64,000 nucleotides of DNA from Chlorokybus atmophyticus (Eukaryota; Plantae; Mesostigma and Chlorokybus algae): positions 124,001 to 188,000 of the forward strand of contig RHPI01002402.1 in assembly GCA_009103225.1 (NCBI GenBank), in the 5' to 3' direction. The notes beneath the pieces were generated by a model. The model saw only the letters and a program-made list of their open reading frames with translations, was not told the DNA's origin and did not search any database. The position numbers were made by a program, and so were the translations under genes. Position 1 is the stretch's first letter, and each line of letters opens with the position of its first letter. Below are positions 40,894-53,600 of this stretch, one piece after another.

Positions 40894-43036
40894 CTACTTG
40901 AGCCCGTGGAGAGCCGCTGTGTTGCGCAGGGCAGCCACCTGCAGTTCAACGCGGCTTGGCGTGGGCTTCGTCTTCACAATCTCCTCAATCTCTTCTGCTA
41001 TATCGTCTGTAATCCTTTCAACAAACTCCACCGCCTTCATGTTCTCGTGAACTTGCTCCACGCTGGTCGCGCCAGTAATCACCGTGGACACGTGTTCGTT
41101 CCTCAGGCACCACGCAATGGCCAGCTGGCCCAATGTGCAACCGATCTGCTGCGCGATGGGCGCCAGCGCGTCCGCGGCTTCCAGCTGCCACACATTGTCG
41201 GGACCGAACTTGGACTTCTGCAGCCACGCATAGTCCGCGAGCGCCAGACGACTGCCCTCAGGAATCTTCTTGCCCGAGTATTTGCCTGTCAGTATGCCGC
41301 TCGCCAGTGGAGACCAGATTGTTGTTCCCATACCGAACTGCACAAATTCATGTCATGATGAAGGCATGCATTCTCGTGCAGACGCGCGTGTGCATGCGTG
41401 ACCTACAGAATTACTGCTATTTGCAAGGAGAACGTCAGCAAAATCTCACCGCCTTGTAGAGTGGTGCGTAGTCTATCTCCACCTTCTGCCTGGCAAACAA
41501 GTTGTACTCTGGCTGCTCCGCAATTGGCTGCATCAGGTTTAGCTTGTCCGCAATTCGGCAAGCCTCAGTGATCTACCACAAGATAAGGATCACACTCAGC
41601 ACCGTTCCAGCAACACCAATACTTTGCCCAAGCTCTTGACTAGGCACACACATGCTGAGCGTGCATTCACACCTGCTGGGCTGACCATTCTGAGGTGCCC
41701 CAGTAAAATGCCCAACCACGCTCGATGATATGGTTCATTGCACGAACTGTCTCCTCGATCGGCGTGACTGGATCCGGCCGGTGACAAAACACAATATCCA
41801 CCTGTTGCATTACAAGTCTCCTTCAACGGCTCTCTGCAGCAGAGCAAATCAACCATCACGTGAAAAGGCAACACTCACGTAGTCCATGTCCAGGCGTTTG
41901 AGGGAAGCTTGCATGCCTTCAACTATGTGCTTGCGACTCAAACCACGCGCATTATGACCCGGCTTGACTCCAAAGTATATCTGCAAGCATCGCCTGATTA
42001 GCAGCAATCCGCATGCACTTGCGTAATGGTCATACTTGATGGGTCGTAAGCAACTGCAGTCATGCACCGCCTCACCTTGGTTGAGAGAACAAGGTCTGAG
42101 CGCAACCAATCGCCTTTGTCAATGCCCTGCTTCACCGCAGCACCCATGATGTGCTCTGAGTCGCCTGCAGCATAACCCTCTGCGTTGTCAAAGAAGTTGA
42201 CGCCGTGGCCCTGCGGAGGTTGCGGTTGTCAAGTAGTGCGGCTGGTTCAGCACTACGATGCTTATGGCATGCGTGTGCGGTTGTCACACTTACATACGCA
42301 GCCTTCATAATGGAGTAAGCAAGGTCGATGTCGACCTGAGACTTGAATGTGACCTGTGAGCAACTTTGCGTGAGCTTAGCCAAGCATGACTGGAAGCACT
42401 TGACCTATACCACATGGCTTGCACATTGAATACATAAGAGCATCTGGCTGCTTTTTCTTCACATAACACTGCCAAGTCTAAGTGTGCAGCAGGTGCAAGC
42501 TGTCAATTTGTCACAAGCAACACATACAGGCAGCGAACCAGTATTTCACTTCTACACCTGACGGGTCAGTAGCATGCTGATAACGATTCAAGCCTCAGTC
42601 TGCCGACAAGTTTGCAATCCAAAGTTACACCCTTGTGCTGAAAGTACCAAACGGTTGACCACATGGATTTCCGCTGCCCTGAAACAGACAAGCCATGCAT
42701 GCCTGCAAACTGGACTCACCCATGAGCCGAGGGACAGCCTGGAGACGACAAGTCCAGAGCGTCCGAGCACTGAATACTGCCATCACAAAACATAACAATC
42801 AACAAAGGAGGTAAGGCCGGCAACAAGTCACCAAGTTGGTGGTATGAACAACTACAGGCAGCAGTTGAACAGCAACGGCATGCACGCACACACAGGCAAG
42901 TCAAGTTGACAGCATGCATGCCGTTAATGCTGACACGTGCAAGCATCTAGCACATGCGTGCGTAAACACACGTACAGCAGCAACATGTTGACACGAGCCT
43001 TGTGGAAGGCATGCAGCAAAGCCCGCACACCTGCAT
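40894..43036 (-). CDS. KAB1: Voltage-gated K+ channel beta-subunit-like aldo-keto reductase
   Basis: A 6-nt first exon (ATGCAG|GT, 43036-43031), then [80 protein letters not shown] and [20 protein letters not shown]. Confidence 0.93.
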
Positions 43037-43352
43037 GCTCGTGGGAGGCAGTCCCGCCATGGCTGGTATGTGTTTTGCTTCAGGTCAACAACCAGTTGCC
43101 AGCACACTAGTACTTTAGCAAAAGCGGAACAGCAAACAACTACCTACACCACTTAATTCTAGTCTGTCTACACCACTTGCTCAGTCTGTGCGAAAGCACA
43201 GCGCCGGTAACAGCAAGCCTACCGCCCGCAGAGGAGGAGCCTGAAGCGATGTATGTTGCCACTTTTGCTTGTTGGAACAACACTTCAAGATGCGTTGTTT
43301 GCAGGTGCAAAACATATATAGATTTAGCACTTGGCTTTTTGTACAACAACTT

Positions 43353-43434
43353 GTTCAGATGGCCGAGCGGTCTAAGGCGCCAGATTAAGGCTCTGGTCTC
43401 TTCGGAGGCGTGGGTTCAAATCCCACTCTGGACA
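43353..43434 (+). tRNA. trnL-AAG: tRNA-Leu (anticodon AAG)
   Basis: Acceptor stem GTTCAGA/TCTGGAC, A-box TGGCCGAGCGG, anticodon arm CCAGA-TTAAGGC-TCTGG, long variable arm, B-box GGTTCAAATCC, discriminator A. Confidence 0.96.
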
Positions 43435-43444
43435 GATGGAATTG

Positions 43445-43451
43445 TTTTTTT
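43445..43451 (+). terminator. Pol III terminator (T7) of tRNA-Leu
   Basis: Seven consecutive T about 10 nt downstream of the tRNA. Confidence 0.8.
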
Positions 43452-43484
43452 CTCTTTCACCTCCTGCCTTGTAGTCTTCAAGGA

Positions 43485-43766
43485 TGTCCCCCTTTTTTCA
43501 CATGTGACTGGTTTTTCGTTTTCCACATGCAGTATCTCACCCCCACTGCCCGGGATTGTGTGAAAAAAGGGGGACAACCGGGAAGACAGACATCCACAAC
43601 GTGAGTTCGGAGCGACATGCATGTGGCGCTACGGTATTTCCATCACCCTCGCCGGGGATCGTGTGCAATAAGGGGGGACAACCTTGAAATCAATTACCGG
43701 GGTACAAGGCAGAATAAGAAAGGATGGCATTACCGTAGCGCCACATACATTGCGCCCCGAGCTCAC
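43485..43766. repeat. Two adjacent inverted-repeat pairs (MITE or DNA-transposon-like relic)
   Basis: Perfect 18-bp IR at 43485-43502 / 43559-43576 (tgtcccccttttttcaca). An imperfect 36-bp IR at 43601-43636 / 43731-43766 has a perfect 16-bp core. A degenerate third copy of the first motif lies at 43662-43680. Confidence 0.65.
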
Positions 43767-43994
43767 ACTTTTAGGTGAATATTTACTTTCAATGTTTCAT
43801 GTTTAGGTCTCCAGTTCCATGGCATGCATAGACTTTAACTAAAATGGCCTGCAATGTATAAATTAAATATTTGGTAAATTTGAGACACGTTGTATTATTT
43901 ATAACAGACGAAATATACGTGTCTTTACGTAGACTACTTATTACTATTATCGATAGCATTTAACAAAATAATCCATTTGAGTATAAATAGCATA

Positions 43995-44360
43995 TGTCGC
44001 ACTAGCAGCCCTCGGCACGCCCTTCCTCCTCGCACAGCCCCTCAAGCAGCAGTTTGCCTCATCGACATCCGGATCCACCGATCCGCTCGAGGCCGCCGCT
44101 ATCACCAAGTACTCCGGACTACCCTTCAAAGCGCGCCGCGTGCCAACCCTGGCCTCATCCAATCCGCCGCCGCCATCTATAGCGGCGGGCCGCGTCGACT
44201 GCCAGCGGCGACCTCCGCCAATCAGGACCCAGGGTCTATGGCAGTGCCGACAACCACAAAAGGGACTCCCCGCAGGACGCGTCGGCGGGAAGTCGCAAGT
44301 GAATGGACTGGAGCCGAAGCGGCGGTGACACTGCCGGAAACTGACCAGCTGACCACGTAG
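43995..44360 (+). repeat. Terminal repeat A1 (366 bp)
   Basis: Direct repeat of 60239-60604, with about 9 substitutions by eye. Confidence 0.95.
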
Positions 44361-44363
44361 AAG

Positions 44364-44372
44364 TAGTGCGAC
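44364..44372 (+). promoter_or_regulatory. Putative self-priming primer-binding site
   Basis: TAGTGCGAC is the reverse complement of GTCGCACTA at the start of repeat A (43996-44004). It lies 3 nt after A1, where a PBS is expected, and no TGG-type tRNA PBS is present. Confidence 0.6.
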
Positions 44373-45031
44373 TAGGTTGTGTTGCTTAGCACCAGTTGTG
44401 GGTTGTGTGTGTTACTAGTGGGCACCCTGCCTTAGCAGACCACTGCCCAGACTTGACTTTGCTAAAACTCTTCAAAGGTGTAAGTGTTTGTTATTGTGGT
44501 TGTGGTCACCGCGTCTGCTGCCTGCATACCGCATCTCCTCATTGCTGCCACATTGCTCGCGCACAGCGGTCAGCCAATGTTGTCGCAACTGTGCCTGCTC
44601 GTACATGTGTGCCTGGAGCTTGCAGCGTGTAAACTCATTTCACTTAGCTAAAACATACCACGAGTGCATAGTGTGACTGCTGTGTGCATTTCTCAAGCCA
44701 CCCCCTATCTGGAGCTTGTTGACTTGCGACTTCCCCCACAGCATCTAGTCACCACCCAGAGTGTGCCCTCGCTGGGTTTTGCCTCGTTCGTGCTTTTCTC
44801 GCGTGTAGGTGCATGCGTCTCAGGAGTCAAGAACTTGGCTGGGGAGCGCGACGAGCTAGGACGTTCAGAGGGTCGAGGCGGGCTAACCCCATCACTCATG
44901 TGACGTATACAGCCCCGAAATCTTCCCCTGAACCATCTGAGGAGACGAGCACCATCGACGGCGCGTCGCCTCCTTCCTCAGACAATTGTCTCCCTTCCTA
45001 CAGCGACTCTAGTTTCGACAGCGAAGGAGAC

Positions 45032-46500
45032 ATGGCAACTACATCGGTCAACCGCAGCAACCCTGTCGCCAACCGCAGCAACACCAGGAAGCTGGTCTTC
45101 ACCGGTGCTCCCAACTCCCTCTCCCTGCGGGAATGGGTTAATCGCTTCCGCGCCATTGTCCTCCCAGTCAAGCTTCGGGCAGGCCCCAACTGGGACGATG
45201 ACCAGAAGTTCATTGTGGCGGCAGAATACCTTGACGACGTCGCCGCAGCTGTCTGGCAAGAAGTTGCCACCGCTCATGACCTCCTCGAGCGTCTTCTACG
45301 GTCCAACCCCGGGCTTGGGCCATTCATCTCCACCGCTGAAAGCCTTGGCGCTCCTCGAGCGTCACTCCTGGGCTCACGCATCCCGCTACGCGTGGCGCAA
45401 GCAGGATTGGCAGTTCAAGGCGAGGTGGCCGATACCAGCAGTAGTGCTTCCGGCACCACCTACCAACACCACCTTCGTGGCACCCGCGGCGCTGGAGCAG
45501 GAGTCTAACGAGGACTACGCTCGACGCTGCACTGAAGCAGTCACCGCTTTCGCCACCGCCCTGGTGGCATCCATGTCAGCTGCCACTACCCCTCCGGTAC
45601 GTCACCCACCTGCTGGAGAAGATGACCGTACGTCCCTTCCACGCTTGTCACCGTGGGCAGACTTGGTTCAACGCCTCAACCAGCGCTTCCCTTCTTACAC
45701 TGAGAAGGCACAGGAACTGGTTCGCCTTAGGAGGAAACCCAAGGAGACCCCTGTTCAGATGTACGAACGCGTTGTCAAGCTGGTGGACGAGACCACTATC
45801 GACGGCCAAACCCTGGTAAACCCCCAGCACCTGGCCATCGTTTACGTGGAGAACCTTGACTCCACTCTCTAAGAACACGTCAAGGCCGATCTTCGTGGCA
45901 CCTCCCGCTATACCTTGTACCAGGCCTACATGCGCGCTGTGCACTGGCAGGAGGAGATCGTACAGGTCCAGGCAGCCTTGGAGATCAGCGGCCTCTCGCG
46001 CCGCAGCAGCGTGCCCACGCCGTCACCTACCACCGTCACGGCCAGGCACCTCCGCATTGCTCACGCAGTAACCCGTCCTGGTGAGAGCACCTCTGTGGTC
46101 TGCCACCGATGCAGCAAAGAAGGCCACATCATGCGGGAGTGCCCTGTACAGCGCACCGATGTCCGCTGCACCTACTGCGACATGGACGGTCACGTCGAAT
46201 CCGTCTGCTACACCCTTCACCCCGAGCTGAAGTCCGCCTTGAGGCCTGCACCTTTCATCTCACCCCTTGGCGGCAACACCGACAGCAGGGGCAAAGGCAA
46301 GGGTAGGACCAACCCACCCGTCCACGGCAAGCTAGGAGCCAAGACCGCTGCCAAAGTCGCCTCTGCCATCCGCGCACCTGACCTACAGGGGGAAAAGAAC
46401 AACCTTCAGGCTCAGATCGAGGACCTTCGCAGCCGCCGCGATGAACTGGAAGACCTCCTCAACTGCGACTACCTCGCCGCGTGCTCAGCCCGAACTCACA
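45032..46500 (+). pseudogene. gag: Gypsy gag with two CCHC zinc knuckles (frameshift and stop codon)
   Basis: ATG 45032; FTGAPNSLSLREWVNRF..AEYLDDVAAAVW; RLRRKPKETPVQMYERV; in-frame TAA at 45870; CHRCSKEGHIMREC and CTYCDMDGHVESVC at 46101-46210. Confidence 0.85.
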
Positions 46501-46699
46501 GGATCGTTGGCACCGCTACCCGTCCAGGTCGCCGGTCCACTCCTCCACCCAATCGGTCACCCTCGCCTCCCGCGCAACGGCAACGTGTCGGCTCCACTTC
46601 ACAAGCAACCACGTCTCGGGCACCCACTCTCTCTGACTTGGAGCGAGGTCTGGCCTGGCAACGCTCGACGCTGGGCACAGCTGCGGGCTCGTTGGCAAA

Positions 46700-49600
46700 C
46701 ACTCGCAAGACGCCTTCCACTGCCGTCCGGCAACATGCCACCGCAACCTCAGGAGCTGCCACGGCATGTCGGAGAGCTGGTGTCCCACACCACCGCCTTT
46801 GTGCACCAGCTTGCCGCCGCCTACTCCAATGCCACCTCAACACCCCCAGAGGCAGAGGCCCTGCGGGAATGGATTCGGACGCACCTTGCAGCACTGGTGG
46901 ACGATGTGCTCGCCGAAGCAGCACGCTTTGAGGACTACCAGGACCATCCGCCTCTGCTTGACTTGTGAAAGGCGGCAGCTTCCAAATCACCTTCCGCCTT
47001 TCACACTGGCCAGCGCCTTTTACTGGATGTTGTCGTTGACAGACAACATCATCGCGGGACGACGCACCTTGGCGGAGTCCAACTGGTCACGACAGCTGGG
47101 CCGGCTTCGCATATCTCTTGCTCGACTGTCCATCTCCTGGCTCCCCAACAATGCATTTCTGCAACCCCTTCGTCCCATCCATTTACGTGTCTTCCCTCGT
47201 ACTCACACCGAAGGCGGTGCACTTCACCGCTGGGACCGCATGGTGGCACGCTACGAGGACACCTGGGCCACTCTCCTTCTGGAACGCCAGCTGCTAGGAG
47301 CCGGCGCAGCTGCCCCCACTGCACACGCTCGGCGTCAGGAGTTCGTGCGAAGGCTTAATCACCGCCTACAGGAAGCACCCTGGCCGTTGGTTTGGGCCTC
47401 TCCAGACAATGTGGAACGCTGGGCCTTGCAAGCTTTGAACGACACTCAAGGGGACCCATTGCTGGCCGCACCCCTTGACTCAGTTCTGCCGGATGACGAC
47501 CATGCTGGCCTCACTTAGCTCACCACCACCCTCGTGCGTGAGTTGGGACAACAGGTGCACTTGGTTCCCGTTAATGCCCGGTTGTCTGCCCGACAGCAAC
47601 GACGTCTTGCCGCGCTGAGCAACCCCGAACACCGCGTCGTTCGCGACGTCCTCGAAGGGATGCTGGTTCGTCAGGACAATGCCTTCGAACCTCCTGGACG
47701 TCTTCACCTTCTTGCTCGGCGGTGGCTGATCGCTCTTGCCACGCGAGACACACTAGACGAGTTCATCCTCGATGCACCCACTGCTCAATTACCCGCAGCC
47801 TTCGCCTTGCCCCCACTTGAGGAAGATCCTCGCCCTAGCGCACAGGCTCGCGCCGCTGCACAGCACCCAGAGGCCCTGTTGCCGCCATCGCCTCCCCGCG
47901 AGGCTGATATACCCCCTGTCCTGCCACCTGCCGACGCTACGCTTCTACAACAAATCATGGGCAACCTGCCCAGCAACGCCCCGGAGCTCGAGTACTACCG
48001 CATGCAAATGCATCAGTTGTCAGCCATCTGGCAGAACGTTCACGATGGTACGCAGCCTCCCATGCGCTACGTACGCGAACGCGCTCGGGCCCGAGCATGC
48101 ATACGGCTGCACCGCCTCAGCCAGCTTCGCTCACCCTTAGGCAACGCTTCGGAGCGCTTTCCAGGTGAAAGTTCCTGGCTCGTTGCGCCTGAGCCTGGCT
48201 TCGAGTTACCGCACGCACTGATGACGCCGCTTCAACCCACGCCCGCACCTATCGAGGACGCTGCGCGCACCCGGCAGTCCTCCATGGTTTACCTGCCATC
48301 CCCTTTAGAGGCCCCCGTTTGGCGGCCCCCACACCACATGAGGAAGATCTCCATGAAGCCCTGCTGTGCGCTGCACGCGCAGCTCACCATCGACAGTATC
48401 CTGCTATCCTGTACCCTGCTGTGGCGGCCGAAGACTGGGCCACACATGAAGTCCGCATCCGACGTTCCCTGTGGCTGCTTCGCCAGCGCCAGCTGCTGCA
48501 GGGCGCCCCTGCACGCGACTCAACAGAGCGCGACGCGCAGCATGCCCTGCGCCTCTCCCTCGCACCCCGTGTTGGGGGGGGGGGGGGGGCAGACCAGTCC
48601 AACTTCGGGTGACTCGCCTTGGCGCAGGGGAGGCATCTTCGTCGCTTTTGCCATCCTCGGCTCAGGCGCNGCCATCCTCGGCTCAGGCGCAGTACTGGAG
48701 CATCACGCCCGAGCACACCGGCCAGCGTCAGTTGGAAACTCGTAGACGCTTAGAGCGGCTCTAGTACCACCTGGCACGTCATGAAGGGCCTCGGGGTGAT
48801 CTGGTGGCGTTGGGTCGCGGCATTGAGGAGGCCGAGTTAGATATTCTCCTACAATGGTTGGCCACACGAAACCACTCTTTGGACCCCCGGCTGTTCGTCA
48901 ACCCAAAAGCATGGTGCGAGAATCTGGCTACCGTCAGGCTACCCCGGTTGCTAGAACGGGCGCTGAACTACTGGGACTCATTGCCACCCACTATGCCAGT
49001 CTACGAGCGGAGCTCTGCGACTACACGACACCTTACTGACGTGCACAGGCTCTTTCACTGGGAGAACCGGCGCGATGAGGAGCAGATACGGAACTCCTAT
49101 CAGCTTCACCTGGACGATGCAGAGACCAGGGACCTCCGCCTACAGGTGGAGACAGAGCTTCTCGCAGGCACCGGCATACCCGACCAAGTCCTGCAGGATA
49201 GCCATTATGTCCTCCCTCTCACCAATGCAGAGCTGGACTTGGTAGCAGCGCACGTACGGCTGCTTCCTATTCTGCCTGTGGCCACCTACGGGGACCGCCG
49301 GGCTTATCATTGGGAGCGCGCTATCACTGCGAAAGCTCTTCGCCTGGCAATGGACGTGGCATCAAGATACCGTCCACCACTAGAGAACGACTCAGGTCAG
49401 CCCAGCTCTGCACCGCGATCACCACCACCCTCAGACGAGCAGGGTGGGTCACGCATCGTGTCGGTTGCCCTAACTCAGGTGCCTTCCGCCGACATCTTGC
49501 CCATCGCCCCCACGGGACAGTCCCCCGTGAACCTTTACGGGCCACCACGCATGTTGGACCGTCTACGTTGTCGACCTAACATCGGCATGGTCAACAACCG
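46700..49600 (+). pseudogene. Long disrupted coding region of unknown function between gag and protease
   Basis: Successive + strand ORF segments (46766-47518, 47534-48745, 48804-49742) with Leu/Ala/Arg/Trp-rich, helical-looking sequence, broken by stops, a poly-G run and an N. No recognisable motif. Confidence 0.6.
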
Positions 49601-49619
49601 CCTCGGCCATGTCACCTTT

Positions 49620-50010
49620 GCCAACCGCCTGGACCCCACGACATGTGCTGTTCGACACCGGGGCACACCCTGTCATCTTGGGCAGACGCGCCGCAAAACG
49701 CTTAGACATCCGCACTCAGGACCTGAACCCTGCGACCCATGAGATTCGCACCGCTCAAGGGTCGTGGAGAGCACCAGAGGGGAAACCCGCCAGCGCGTCA
49801 ACCTGCGCTTTACTGGACTACAGCGCGAACAAACCACCGTCCTTGGCGTCTTCAGCCTGGTAACCGACGGCGAAATGTTTGACGTACTCATTGGCATGGA
49901 GGCACTGTTTCCCATCGGCACCACCATCGACACCTGGACAAAGCAAGCCCTTTTTCGCCCGCGCTGGTACCAAGACGATGGCACTCCGGCAGCCATCCCA
50001 CTGCACCTTT
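49620..50010 (+). pseudogene. Retropepsin aspartic protease (frameshifted)
   Basis: VLFDTGAHPVILG (Asp codon 49654), then after a frameshift FDVLIGMEAL..IDTW. Confidence 0.85.
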
Positions 50011-50202
50011 CCAACTCCTCCCAGTACACCTTCTCTACCGTCCCCATCAGAAGTACCAACTCCACCCTGCGTTACGGCCTCCACCTCTCCGAGCACAAGG
50101 GAGTCGTACCTTAGGCTACACACCCATACTTCCTGACAGGGTCAAGCTGCCTTCGGCATCACGCTCCTGTCATTTGTAAGTGTAGGCTAAGAAAAGGGGG
50201 GG

Positions 50203-50604
50203 TGTTGAGAAGCAAGCATGCAAGTGAAGAGGGCAAGCAATAACACACAGGAGAAGGCAACACACGTCCCGATTTATTACCAACAGACCGCGGGGTTATA
50301 TACCCGCCAGTCAGTACACAGTTTGTACACACTGCTGGTCTACATGCAACAGCGTCCGATATACTGAACTATATCCTACGCTGTGAGATGTGCCACGTAG
50401 CTAACTTGATAAGCTTTGTAACAAGCTATGCCACGTCCTATAAGACTGAGTATCCTAGGAGATATGACGATTCTCCTAGGACCCTTCTCTGCAGTCCGCG
50501 CCAGGACCTTCATGTCCGGAGTCTTCGAGGTCCTCCCATCGAGGTCCCTTCTCTTCTCTCTTGTATGCAGGGCAGGCTGACCGGATGTAGGAATATCTTC
50601 AACA
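50203..50604 (-). repeat. Copia 3' LTR (402 bp)
   Basis: tgttgagaag...cttcaaca; matches 54839-54940. Confidence 0.93.
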
Positions 50605-50649
50605 CTCCCACGCGGGCAGCTTGGCCTCCTACGCTTGGTCTTCTTTCAC

Positions 50650-53600
50650 CTAAGCACATATGCCGAGTCCCTTGCAACATGCCTTGAACTTTAGCGGTGA
50701 CAGTGGCTTCGTCATGAAGTCCGCGAGCATGTCTTCCGTATTGCAATATTGGAACTCAACCTCCTTGCGTGTGACTCTGTCTTGCACAAAGTGATGCATG
50801 ACATCAATGTGCTTTGTACTTGTCGAGGCAATGGGGTGCTTCAGCAACTTGATGGCGCCTTGGTTGTCGCAGTTGATCGTGATACACGCCATCGGGTGCT
50901 CCAAATTTGCCATCAGCTTGCGAAGCCATAACGCCTCCTTCACTGCAGCCGATGCTGCCATGTACTCCGCTTCCGAAGTAGATGCAGCTGTTGTGGGTTG
51001 CAGCCTACTGTTCCAGCTCACCACGCCTCCATTCAACTTGAAGACGTACGCCGTGGTGGACCTCCTGCTATCGAGGTCACCTGCAAAGTCTGCGTCGCAA
51101 TAGCCCTCCATCTCTGTGCTTCCGCAACCAAACTTGATGCCAACACTTGCGCTTCCAGCCACGTAGCGCAATACTCCCTTCGCTGCACGCCAGTGCTCCA
51201 TGCTTGGTGCAGACATGTAGCGCGCAAGCACTCCAACTGCATGTGCGATGTCGGGTCTTGTGCACACTGCTAGGTAGAGCATACTCCCAACAAGCTCACT
51301 ATAGGGATACTGAGCCTTGTCGAGTACTTCCTCATCTTTCGCTTTGACGAGGTTGGTGCCGAGTGCCAATGGAGTAGACTTGGTCTTTAATTTGTTGAGT
51401 CCGAACTTGGTGACAAGTTGCTTCACCATCTGCTCTTGGCTGATCTTGATTGTGCGTGCTGCTCTGTCACGCTCTATCACCATGCCAAGAAATAACTTGA
51501 CCTCTCCAAGGTCGCGTACTGCGAATGCTTGCTGCAATCCGTGCTTCGTTTGCTTCAGGTCTTCAACTTGCTTGGCCGTGACGATGATGTCGTCCACATA
51601 CACGAGCAAGTAAACCTTCTTCTCTTCATGGATGAAGAGCCCCGGATCCGCTGAGGATGCTTTGTAGCCGAGTTTCTCCAACTCTTTCGTGAGGCGATTG
51701 TGCCACACACGTGGTGCTTGTCGCAGCCCATACAAAGCCTTGATCAACTTGCAAGCCATGCCTGGCTCCCCTTCTGCGTAGCCTGGTGGTTGCTTAGTGT
51801 AGATCGCTTCCTCCAGCTCTCCGTAAAGGAAAGCAGTCTTTACATCAAGGTGGTGACACTCGAGGTCTTCAGCAGCAACCATGGCGATTTATGTGCGGAA
51901 GGTTGCATGCTTACTTGCAGGTGCAAACACTTCATTGAAATCCACACCTTCTTGTTGCAAAAATCCCTTTGCCACCAACCTTGCCTTGTAGCGCTCGATG
52001 TTGCCTTGACCATCACGCTTCACCTTGAACACCCACTTGACCGGAATGGGCTTCACACCTTGCGGGGGCTTCTCCAACACCCATGTGTTGTTGGCATGGA
52101 GTGATGCAATCTCATCATCCATAGCTCGCTGCCATTGTTCTGCATCTGGTGCTCGCAATGCCTCCTCGTAGGTGCTTGGTTCTTCACTCTCGTCATTGTG
52201 CACACTAGCGATGTGTGCCTTGTAGAAGTCAGGTGCTTGTCTTTCCCTCACTGGGTAGCGTCGAGCTTGCTCCTGCTGCTTCTGCTTCTCGTCTGCTACA
52301 GATGAGCCCTGCTCTTTATTGATGACTGATGCCTCGCCTTCAACCTCTTCTCTGCTTGAAAGCTCTTCAGGTTGTGCTTTGTCATCTTCATCTTGAGGGT
52401 AGAAACCTTCTTCAGCTTCAACTTGTGATGAGCCTTCGTGGAACACGACTTCTCTGCTCACCACAATCTTGCGCGTGTCCTCCAGTAGGACCTTGTACGC
52501 CTTTGAGCCTGGTTCGTAGCCAACGAAGATGCCCTTCTTGCTGACCGGCTCCAACTTGTGTCGCAATTGACTTGGCACAAGTGCATATGCCACACATCCG
52601 AACACACGCATGCCACTCACATCTGGCGCTTCACCGTAAAAGAGCTCCCACGGAGTCTTTTGCTCAGAGCTTATCGGTGAACGGTTGCGGATGTAGTTGG
52701 CAGTGAGAACGGCCTCTTTCCACAGACTGTCCTCCAACTTGGTGTCATTGAGCATGGCTCGAACACGCTCCAACAACGTTCGGTTGAGACGTTCAGCTGC
52801 TCCATTCTGCTGCGGAGTGTATGGTGCTGTTGTCTCATGCCGTATGCCTTTGCTGGCGAAGAACTCTTTGAGCTGGGCGTTGATGTACTCCCCTCCTCGA
52901 TCACTTCTCATTGCTTTCGTCTTCTTGCCCGATTGAATCTCGAGCAATGCAATGACTGTACGCACAGCTCCCGCGACTTCTGACTTTTGAATCAAAGGGA
53001 AGACGATGGAAAGCTTGCTGTAGTCGTCGAGGAATGTTGCAAAGTACCTTACCCCTCCTTTCGCCACAATGCGCATAGGCCCGCAAACGTCCATGTGCAC
53101 AAGCTCGCAGGGATGTTTGCTACTTGAAGAAGATGATGAGAACGGCATGCGATGCTGCTTGGCCAACACACAGGGTTCACAGAGCGTAGTTGAAGACGCT
53201 TGAAAATCTTCCTTGCTCCCAGTAATGCCCTTCACCATGTCTTCAGCGACCAGGCGTGTGAGGTTGCTGTAGCCCAAATGCCCGAACCTTTGATGCCAAA
53301 GCTCAACCGTCTCCTTCTCCTTCACAATCATGGCCTTGCTGCCATGAGTCTGCTCCACAATGTAGAGCCCTCCTCGTTGGGTGCCGACCATGTACTCGAC
53401 CCCATCCATGCATACGGAGCAGCGTCCCTCCCGGATCACTATCTCAGCTCCCACGCGCTTAGCAACTCTCACAGAAAACAAGCTTGCAGCAGCTCCAGGT
53501 ACGTGCAATACTTCACGCAGTACCACCTCTCTCTCACCATCACCAATCTTGCATTGAAGCCTCACTTCACCAACTCCTATTGCTTCCAACTCGTGACCAC

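Noticed and set aside
43353-43995. tRNA-targeted integration of the retrotransposon
   Set aside because: The insertion is ~560 bp downstream of the tRNA, and one locus cannot show a preference.
48573-48588. Poly-G/C tracts (also 56987-57005 and 24452-24473) as functional G-quadruplexes or frameshift signals
   Set aside because: Several abut Ns or gaps, so their lengths are unreliable and reading-frame effects cannot be judged.
48650-48690. Exact 20-bp tandem duplication
   Set aside because: The copies are separated by a single N, typical of a contig-overlap artefact.
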